64,000 nucleotides of DNA. It comes from Dehalococcoidia bacterium (GTDB lineage Bacteria > Chloroflexota > Dehalococcoidia > UBA2979). A program made the translations under genes and the position numbers. The stretch covers positions 47,440 to 111,439 of the forward strand of contig OZ219874.1 of assembly GCA_964291495.2 (NCBI GenBank), given 5' to 3'. Positions 15,125-21,831 of the stretch are shown here, piece after piece (within the stretch, counting starts at the first letter, position 1; each line of letters opens with the position of its first letter). Below the pieces are notes generated by a model. The model saw nothing but the letters and a program-made list of their open reading frames with translations, did no database searches and was not told where the DNA came from.

Positions 15125-16819
15125 TCACTCGAACCTCGCGAACGGGTCGGCGGTCGTCGCGGCCTCCGCGGGGCGCGTCGCCCAGGCGGGGTAGGGGAAC
15201 TGGAGCAGCAGCGGCACCGGGATCTCCGGCTGCTGGAGGATCATCGTGCCCGGCTTGAGCAGCGAGGCGCGGGCACGCGCGGCCGGCGTCAGGAAGCCGT
15301 ACTCGCCGCGCTGCGCCTCGGCGGCGTCGAGGCGGCCGACCACGCGCAGCGCGCAGTTGGCGACCACGCGCGGCTCCACCTCGCTCGCCGTCTGCTGCGC
15401 GCCGATCAGCACGACGCCGAGCGAGCGGCCGCGCTCCGCGATGTCGAGCAGCACGTCCTTGATCGGGCTCTGGCCTTCGCGCGGCGCGTACTTGTTCAGC
15501 TCGTCCAGCACCACGAGCATCAGCGGCCGCGGCGAGCCGCTCGCCTCCTTGCGTTCGAACTCGCGCTTCAGCACCACGCCGACGACGAAGCGCTGCGCGC
15601 GGTCGTGCAGGCGGTGGATGTCGACGACGGTGACCTGCGCCCCGCCCGTCTCGATGCGGTGCCGCTCCGAGTCCTCCGAGGCGAGGCCCCGGACCAGCTG
15701 CCCGACGTGCGGCCTCGCCGCCTCCAGCCGCCGCATGAAGGCGGAGACCGTGCCGGGAGCGGCGCGTCCGCCCCAGGCGCCCTCGTCCGGGTCGGTCATG
15801 CGCCCGATCGCGTCGACCAGCTCGTCAAAGTCGGTGACCAGCTCGCCGCCGATCTCGACCGTGGGCGCATCGACGGGCAGCGAGAGCCGGGCGGCCATTG
15901 CCAGCTCCGACTCGACGCGCTGCACGACGAAGCCGAGCTGCGAGCGCTCGTCGTCGGCGTCGGCGAAGAGGAAGCGCAGGTAGCGCTCGGCGCAGAACTC
16001 GCGCAGCGTCCAGTAGAAGCCGGTGACGCCGTCCATCCTCGAGCCGGTCAGCGGGATCGGCTGGTCGCCGCGCGCCGCGGGCGCAAAGAGCCGCAGCGAG
16101 GGGAACGGCGCCGCCTCGAGGTCGAGGTCCGTGTAGCGGACTCGTTCGGCCTCGGGCAGTCCGGCGTTGGGCTTGTCGAGGAAGAGCAGGTCCTCGCCTT
16201 TGACGTTGAAGACGAGCGCGCGCGTGTTCGCGGTCTCGTGGCCGAGCACGCCGCTGCCGAACAGCGAATAGAGCAGGAACATCGCGTACGAGGTCTTCGT
16301 CGCGACGCCGGAGACGCCGGAGATGTTGACGTGCGCGCCGCGCTGGCCGTCGAGGAAGTCGAGGTTCGCGAAGATCGGCTCGCCCGAGCGCGAGAGGCCG
16401 ACCGGGAGGCGGCGCTCCATCGCGTCGAAGAAGAGCGCGCGGTCGCGGGCGGCGGCGTGGGCGCGACGCACTGCCTCGCCGGGTCGCGGCGGCACGAAGA
16501 TCTCCGGCTCGACACGCGTGACGGAGACGTGCGCGCTGACCGCGGACTCCGCGGGCAGCACGCCGCTGCTCGCCAGCGCCACATCCGAGGCGAAGCGCAC
16601 GCCCTCCTGCACGGCGCGCAGCTCGTCGACGACGCCGTAGAAGTCGACGTGCTGGCCGTCCGGCAGCGGCGAGGTGACGTGGACCACGTCGTCGAGCTGG
16701 AGGTAGCGCTGGGGGTCGACGTAGGTCCAGAAGCCGAGCGGCGTCGAGGCGCCTTGCTCCGTGCCGAGCACCAGCCCCTCGCGCCGCTGCGCCTCCAGCT
16801 GTGGATCGCGGCCTACCAT
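15125..16819 (-). CDS. HerA/FtsK-type hexameric ATPase (DUF87-like)
   Basis: Start taken at ATG 16819 (RBS GGGAGGA 5 nt upstream), giving 564 aa. The N-terminus GLVLGTEQGASTPLGFWTYVDPQ..DDVVHV..FYGVVDEL is HAS-barrel-like. Walker A-like ISGVSGVATKTSY; Walker B PLMLVVLDELNKY; then GVVLIGAQQTASEV. Confidence 0.8.
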   Translation of the reverse strand: MVGRDPQLEAQRREGLVLGTEQGASTPLGFWTYVDPQRYLQLDDVVHVTSPLPDGQHVDFYGVVDELRAVQEGVRFASDVALASSGVLPAESAVSAHVSVTRVEPEIFVPPRPGEAVRRAHAAARDRALFFDAMERRLPVGLSRSGEPIFANLDFLDGQRGAHVNISGVSGVATKTSYAMFLLYSLFGSGVLGHETANTRALVFNVKGEDLLFLDKPNAGLPEAERVRYTDLDLEAAPFPSLRLFAPAARGDQPIPLTGSRMDGVTGFYWTLREFCAERYLRFLFADADDERSQLGFVVQRVESELAMAARLSLPVDAPTVEIGGELVTDFDELVDAIGRMTDPDEGAWGGRAAPGTVSAFMRRLEAARPHVGQLVRGLASEDSERHRIETGGAQVTVVDIHRLHDRAQRFVVGVVLKREFERKEASGSPRPLMLVVLDELNKYAPREGQSPIKDVLLDIAERGRSLGVVLIGAQQTASEVEPRVVANCALRVVGRLDAAEAQRGEYGFLTPAARARASLLKPGTMILQQPEIPVPLLLQFPYPAWATRPAEAATTADPFARFE

Positions 16820-16937
16820 CTCGGTCCTCCCTTCGCGAGCAGCCGCGCGTCTCCGGCGAGCATCTGCCGGCTCAGCGCGACAACCAGGTCGTTCGGGGTA
16901 CGCGCCGTCGCGATCAGGGGGCTCATGAGTTCCTCCA

Positions 16938-17510
16938 TCAGCGGTTCTCCTGCTCGCGCTCGTCATCGGGGGGACCAGAGAACTCCAGTGGGCGGCCCTC
17001 GCGCTTCGCCTTGAGCCACCGCCGGAAGGACTTCACGCCCTCTCCGGACCGCTGCCCGGCGATCAACCCCTGGACGCTGATGTCCTCGTCCAGGTCGGGC
17101 CAGTGGATGCCTTCGCCGGGGCCGATGAGCTCCCAGTTGTCGCGCTCTTCAGGCGTGCCGTGCACGAGCCGCGGGTACCAGTCAAGCGGTACTGTGATGG
17201 TGCGGCCATCGGACAGCTCGGCCGTGAGCGCGTCCTCGGTCACGATGACGCGCTCCGCCTCCGGCGCCGGGACTTCCTGGTTGGAGTACTCATGCCACGA
17301 CTCGATCAGGAGCTTCTGATGCCGTTCGAGGCTCCTCTCGATCCGGCGTATCTCGGAGCGCCCGATTCCACCGCTCCGTTCAAGCCGGACGGGATCCAGC
17401 CAGAACTTGGCGACACGGTTCCCGCGCCACACGTGCACGTGCGGCGGCTGTCCCAAGTCGCTCGCGTAGAAGATGAAGAGATACGTGCCATCCGAGGTCT
17501 TACGAGGCAT
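16938..17510 (-). CDS. DUF4160-DUF2442 fusion protein
   Basis: 190 aa with a strong RBS GGAGGAAG. The N-terminal half MPRKTSDGTYLFIFYASDLGQPPHVHVWRGNRVAKFWLDPVRLERSGG..LLIESWHEY is DUF4160-like. The C-terminal half LTAELSDGRTITVPLDWYPRLVHGTPEERDNWELIGPGEGIHWPDLDEDISVQGLIAG is DUF2442-like. Confidence 0.75.
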   Translation of the reverse strand: MPRKTSDGTYLFIFYASDLGQPPHVHVWRGNRVAKFWLDPVRLERSGGIGRSEIRRIERSLERHQKLLIESWHEYSNQEVPAPEAERVIVTEDALTAELSDGRTITVPLDWYPRLVHGTPEERDNWELIGPGEGIHWPDLDEDISVQGLIAGQRSGEGVKSFRRWLKAKREGRPLEFSGPPDDEREQENR

Positions 17511-17597
17511 CGCCCACTTCCTCCTTCCTCGACGAACGGGGCGAAGCCGGCGTCGCCCTCGAACCTGTGTAGCCGCTCATCGCGGCGTTTCGCTCGG

Positions 17598-18671
17598 TCA
17601 TACTTCCCGTCCTTTCCCGGTCGTGAGGGACGCTCGTTGCGTGGCTCTCTCGGCGAGGGCCACGGCGATGTAGCGCCGTAACAGTTCGCGGTTTCCCAGA
17701 AGGCGGCGGAGCCAGCCCTCGAGCCCGCTGACGGGTGTGAGGTTCTGCGGGGCACGCGGATCGCGGATCGGCGACCCCGCCAGGTGCGGCAGGGTGCGCG
17801 CGCACTCGTCCGCAAGCCGGGCGGCCTGTTCCACCGGCAAAGTCGCCCACGTCTCGATCCGCATGACCGCGGCGTGGGGGTGCACGTGCGGTCCGACGTC
17901 CGCGACTCGGACGTACCAGGAGAAGCGATCCCTTTTGGCCTGACCCTCCACGGAGAGCCGGAACAGCGGCGTACGATCCCCCACGCCGAGATCGTCAAAG
18001 ATCGCCTGTTCCTCGGGGCAGAGGTACCACCTGGCGGTGCGCTTGATGTAACCGGCGACACGCCGGCCGGTAGTACCCGCACGCAGCGGGCCGTCGACCA
18101 ACGTCAGAGCGCCGCAGTCCGCGGACAGTCGGTTGACCAGTCTTGCCTCGGCCGCAAGCATCCTGTTTGTGAGCTCTCGTACGAGTTCAGACGGCTGCGA
18201 AACATCGAGCACTGTGGAGGCCCGGAAGCACAGGTCGGTCTGGCCGACGGTGAGCACCAGGTCTTCGTCGGTCGTTCCGGCCCGGAGGTAGCAGCGCACC
18301 ACGCGCAACAGATCGTCGTGCGTGAGCACAGCTGCGCGGGTTGGTTCGCAGCGCACTGCCCCAACGGCGTACGAGCCAAACAGCGCGGGGACTGCTTTCC
18401 CGGAGGTCGTGTCGCTGATCGCGTACGCCTCGACACGCCGCACGCCGTCGACTATCTGCACGATCGGAGCCCGGTCGCCCGACAGATGATGCGGGATCCA
18501 TGCGCCCTCGACAGAGGTATCGATGCAGAAGGCACCATCGTTGCCGTTGGCCTTCAGGGGTGCATTGCTGCCGGGGCCCTGTTCGGGTGACCAGGACACC
18601 AAGCGGGTCTTCAGGATGTTCGCGGATTCGCGATCGCCGAGGCGAGGGGCTACGCTCCCGGGTGTGGACAT
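17598..18671 (-). CDS. NurA-like nuclease (putative)
   Basis: 357 aa with RBS AAGGAG. Motifs read as NurA-like: IVQIVDGVRRVEAY, GALTLVDGPLRAG, VAGYIKRT, FSWYVRV, and C-terminal APQNLTPVSGLEGWLRRLLG. It is the first gene of the operon containing the HerA-type ATPase. Confidence 0.55.
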   Translation of the reverse strand: MSTPGSVAPRLGDRESANILKTRLVSWSPEQGPGSNAPLKANGNDGAFCIDTSVEGAWIPHHLSGDRAPIVQIVDGVRRVEAYAISDTTSGKAVPALFGSYAVGAVRCEPTRAAVLTHDDLLRVVRCYLRAGTTDEDLVLTVGQTDLCFRASTVLDVSQPSELVRELTNRMLAAEARLVNRLSADCGALTLVDGPLRAGTTGRRVAGYIKRTARWYLCPEEQAIFDDLGVGDRTPLFRLSVEGQAKRDRFSWYVRVADVGPHVHPHAAVMRIETWATLPVEQAARLADECARTLPHLAGSPIRDPRAPQNLTPVSGLEGWLRRLLGNRELLRRYIAVALAERATQRASLTTGKGREV

Positions 18672-19213
18672 GGAGCCGTGTCTCCTTGTCTGCGGGCTGT
18701 CCGGCGTTGCCGCGCCGGGCAGCCACCACTGCGTTAGGGATTGCTTGGTGGTGCTCGGCCGGGGCGGACCGTCACGAGAGTGGAGGCCGCCCCGACCGAG
18801 ATTTGGCTACTCCGTGGTTTCCTCCCCTCTGTGCGGGATCGCGGTAGCGCCCGGGCCTCCCGCCCCTTTCTCGTGTCCTGAGCGTCCCGGACCCGCTCTA
18901 CTGGGCCCAGCGGCTAAGGAGCACAGGCGACGTGCTAAGATCGATCCGCAAGCGTCCGGCACGGACGGACCCGCCCGGACAGCCGCGTTACCGGTAGTTC
19001 GCGCAAGGCCCGACACCTTGGAATGGCCTTGCAGCCAAAGGGTTTTTGGAGTGGAGGTCACGCGAGCACCCTCCACGCCACCGCGTAGGCACCCCACTCC
19101 GGGCGAACGGCAAACGGGATCCTGAACGAGTGTGGAGTTTCACCGGGTAGGGCCTCCCCCGTCTCCACCACAATCAAGCCCCTCGGGGACTGCGAGCTCC
19201 TCGAGGTTCGCCG

Positions 19214-19237
19214 AGACCGCCGGGAGCCCGGCGGTCT
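19214..19237 (+). terminator. Plus-strand intrinsic-terminator-like hairpin with no upstream plus-strand CDS
   Basis: AGACCGCCGG-GAGC-CCGGCGGTCT followed by TTGCC. It has the same architecture as the terminator after the DUF35 gene (63049..63074). Confidence 0.4.
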
Positions 19238-19318
19238 TTGCCTGTGCAGGCTCCGCTCGTCGCCGTGGGATGCGGGCGTGGAACAGCCGTCGAGGGCGCT
19301 CCTGTGGGCGGTGGGCCG

Positions 19319-21814
19319 CTAGCGCTGCGGCCGGACGGCGACGAGCTTCTCGCGCTGGCGCTCCTCGGCGGCGCGGGCGGCCCCGTCCTCGCCGCCTTCG
19401 TCCGGCCAGCCGACGATGCCGCCCTCCTTGAAGCCGTCGATCTCGGCAGACGAGTAGCCGAGCTCCGCGAGGATCGGGCGGGTGTGCTCGCCGGGCTCGC
19501 AGGCCGGGCGGATGGTCGAGGGCGCGCTGTCGAGGGTGACGACCGGGCCGTGGCGCCAGTACTCGCCGAACGTCGGGTGGCTGACGTCGACGGTGAAGCC
19601 CAACTCGCGGTTAGCCTCGTTCCCCGCGAACTCGGCGACGTTGGCGGCGTCGGCGCGGACGCAGGCGACGTCGCGAGCGGTCAGCTCGCGCTCCCACTCG
19701 TCGGCGCCGCGCTCGAGGAACGCCTCAGCCAGCGCGGCGGCGAGCGCCTCGCCGTGCTGCTCGCGCGCCTCGTCGCTCGCGAAGCGCGGGTCGGCGAGCC
19801 ACTCGTCGCGTCCCAGCGCGGCGCAGAGCGCGCTCCACTCGTGCTCGAACGGCGCGGCGAGGAAGACCCAGGCGCCATCGCCGGCGCGGTAGAGGCGGTA
19901 GAGGGGCCCCATGCCGAGCAGCTCCGGGTCCGGCTGGCGGCGCGGCGGCACGTCCGGACCGCGCACGGCGCCGTCCGCGTTGGCGTAGAGGTTCGAGGCG
20001 ATCATCGTCGTGAGCTGGTACTGGCCCACGCCCAGCTCCTCGGCGGCGCGCAGGCCGAGCAGCAGGCTGCTGCCGAGGCCGAGCGCGGCGTTGACGTCGG
20101 GGTTGCCCTCGTTCGCGTTCATCAGTCGCCAGGCCTTGCGCTTGAGCTCGTCCATCGGCAGCTCGGCGTCGCCGGCGTGCAGCTCGCTCGGGGGCATCTG
20201 CTGGATCGCGCCGCCGCCGAGGGCGCCCGCAATCGGGTGCATCGCCGGCTTGTACGAGTACGGCCCGGAGTCTCCGTAGGAGGCGCCGTAGTGGTAGACG
20301 ACGCGAGGGTTGAGGTCGCGCGCCCGCTCGTAGCCGATGCCGAGCCGCTCGGCGACGCCGGGACGGAAGTTGTGCATCACGATGTCCGCACGCCGCAGCA
20401 GCCGGTGGACGATCTCCTGGCCCTCCGCCGTCTTGAGGTCGACCCCGATGCTCTCCTTGCCCCCGGTGGTCTTGTAGAACAGCATCCGCCCCGCCGTGTA
20501 GCGGCTCACCTCGCCCTCGGGCGGCTCGACCTTGATCACGCGCGCCCCGAGGTCGGCGAGCAGCGCGCTCCCGAACGGCGTGGCGTAGAAGGTCGAGAAG
20601 TCGACGACCGTGATGCCCTCGAGGGGCGCCGTGGGGGCGGGGCCGGGTTCGCCCGGCTCCACGGCGGTCCAACCGTCGGCGTCGACGCCGTTGGCCGAGC
20701 CGAGCGAGGGCGCTCCACGGCCGGGAGTCGCGGGAGTCTCGGTCTGGCGGACAATTGGCCCGACCTGCTCCACGCCGTCGATCTCGATGATGTGCTCGTT
20801 GTGCCGGACCTGGGGGTGGTCGAACGCGTCGGCGGCCTCGAAGAAGGGTTCGATGGCGATGTCGCGCTCCGCGTCGAAGATCGCCTTCCATTCGCCCCAG
20901 GTCTTCTGGCGCACGCGCTCGAGGATGATCGCCCAGACCTCCTCGCTGTCGTCCGGATCCCTAAGCGCCGGGAGGTCGGCGAAGCGGGGCTCGGAGTAGA
21001 GGTCGGTGAGCCCGAGGGCGTTCATCTGGGCCATGAAGAGGTGCGGCAGGGTGTTCGCGAACTGCAGCCACACGCCGTCCTTCGTGACCGCCGTGAGGTA
21101 GTTGGGGCGCGGGATCTGGTGCTGGATCGCGCCCCATGAGCCGAGTCGGTCGGCGGCGAGCGGGTCGGCCGCGGCGGCCTGCAGGGCGAACCAGCGGAGC
21201 ATGTCGTAGGCGGTGGTGCCCTGGAGCAGGCTCGTCTCGACGTGCGTGCCTCGATGCGTCTGTCGCCGCACGTGCAACGCGGCGAGGATGCCCTGCAGTG
21301 CCGCGTGGAGCGCGCCGTAGCCGGCCGACGGCACCGCCGCGAAGACCGGGCCGCCTCGCTCGGGCAGCAGGCTCGAGAACTCGAGCATGCGACCAGTCTT
21401 CGCGGACACGATGCCCTCATAGCCCTTGAGGTGCGCCCACGGGCCGCGGGCGCCGAAGCCGGTGATCGAGGCGTAGACGAGCGCCGGGTTGAGCTCCCGG
21501 GCCTCCTCGTAGCCAAGGCCGTGCCGCTCCATCGCGCTGGGCCGGAAGTTCTCGACCAGCACGTCCGCCGCCGCGACCAGGTCGCGCGCGGCGGCTCGCC
21601 CGTCCTCGGACTTGAGATCGAGGACGCGGCTGCCCTTGCCGCGGTTCCAGAAGCCCCACGCGGGATGCCCCCGGTACGGGTCCCCCGAGGGCGGCTCGAT
21701 CTTCACGACCTCCGCCCCGTAGTCGGCGAGGATCGTGCCGACGAGGTTGCCGTGCATGCCCCGCGTGAAGTCGAGGACGCGCAGTCCGCTACAGGCCAGC
21801 GTCACGGTCGTCAC
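19319..21814 (-). CDS. Double-domain family III CoA-transferase (two CaiB/BaiF modules fused)
   Basis: Start moved to GTG 21814 (or 21805), after the upstream gene's stop at 21832. Module 1: LRVLDFTRGMHGNLVGTILADYGAEVVKIEPPSGDP..VLVENFRPSAMERHGLGYE. Module 2: ITVVDFSTFYATPFGSALLADLGARVIKVEPPEGE..IVMHNFRPGVAERLGIGYE. Confidence 0.8.
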   Translation of the reverse strand: MTTVTLACSGLRVLDFTRGMHGNLVGTILADYGAEVVKIEPPSGDPYRGHPAWGFWNRGKGSRVLDLKSEDGRAAARDLVAAADVLVENFRPSAMERHGLGYEEARELNPALVYASITGFGARGPWAHLKGYEGIVSAKTGRMLEFSSLLPERGGPVFAAVPSAGYGALHAALQGILAALHVRRQTHRGTHVETSLLQGTTAYDMLRWFALQAAAADPLAADRLGSWGAIQHQIPRPNYLTAVTKDGVWLQFANTLPHLFMAQMNALGLTDLYSEPRFADLPALRDPDDSEEVWAIILERVRQKTWGEWKAIFDAERDIAIEPFFEAADAFDHPQVRHNEHIIEIDGVEQVGPIVRQTETPATPGRGAPSLGSANGVDADGWTAVEPGEPGPAPTAPLEGITVVDFSTFYATPFGSALLADLGARVIKVEPPEGEVSRYTAGRMLFYKTTGGKESIGVDLKTAEGQEIVHRLLRRADIVMHNFRPGVAERLGIGYERARDLNPRVVYHYGASYGDSGPYSYKPAMHPIAGALGGGAIQQMPPSELHAGDAELPMDELKRKAWRLMNANEGNPDVNAALGLGSSLLLGLRAAEELGVGQYQLTTMIASNLYANADGAVRGPDVPPRRQPDPELLGMGPLYRLYRAGDGAWVFLAAPFEHEWSALCAALGRDEWLADPRFASDEAREQHGEALAAALAEAFLERGADEWERELTARDVACVRADAANVAEFAGNEANRELGFTVDVSHPTFGEYWRHGPVVTLDSAPSTIRPACEPGEHTRPILAELGYSSAEIDGFKEGGIVGWPDEGGEDGAARAAEERQREKLVAVRPQR

Positions 21815-21831
21815 CCTCCCAGCGTGTCGCG

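Noticed and set aside
16820-16966. N-terminal 49-codon extension of the HerA ORF (15125..16966) overlapping the fusion gene
   Set aside because: The extension is Arg/Pro-rich and overlaps the 3' end of 16938..17510. An internal ATG at 16819 has a GGGAGGA RBS, and the conserved HAS-barrel region begins right after it.
19015-19045. SRP RNA domain IV-like words (GGAA ... GCAGCCAAAGG)
   Set aside because: The flanking bases do not form the conserved helix 8 with a GNRA loop closed by C-G. Only the GCAGCC word matches.
19100-19172. tmRNA 3' end (..CCCCCGTCTCCACCA)
   Set aside because: There is no TTCGA-type T loop before the CCA-like end, and no complementary GGAGACG 5' acceptor strand upstream. 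The resemblance is limited to about 12 nt.
19238-21139. 633-aa plus-strand ORF (also 21931..23313, 25171..26883, 38883..40187, 48712..50136, 55023..56303, 59958..62088 and 61427..62503)
   Set aside because: All lie opposite genes with strong family signatures: CoA-transferase, deacetylase lipoprotein, modC/modB, uvrB, polA, panB, rarA and thiolase. They have shadow-ORF composition.
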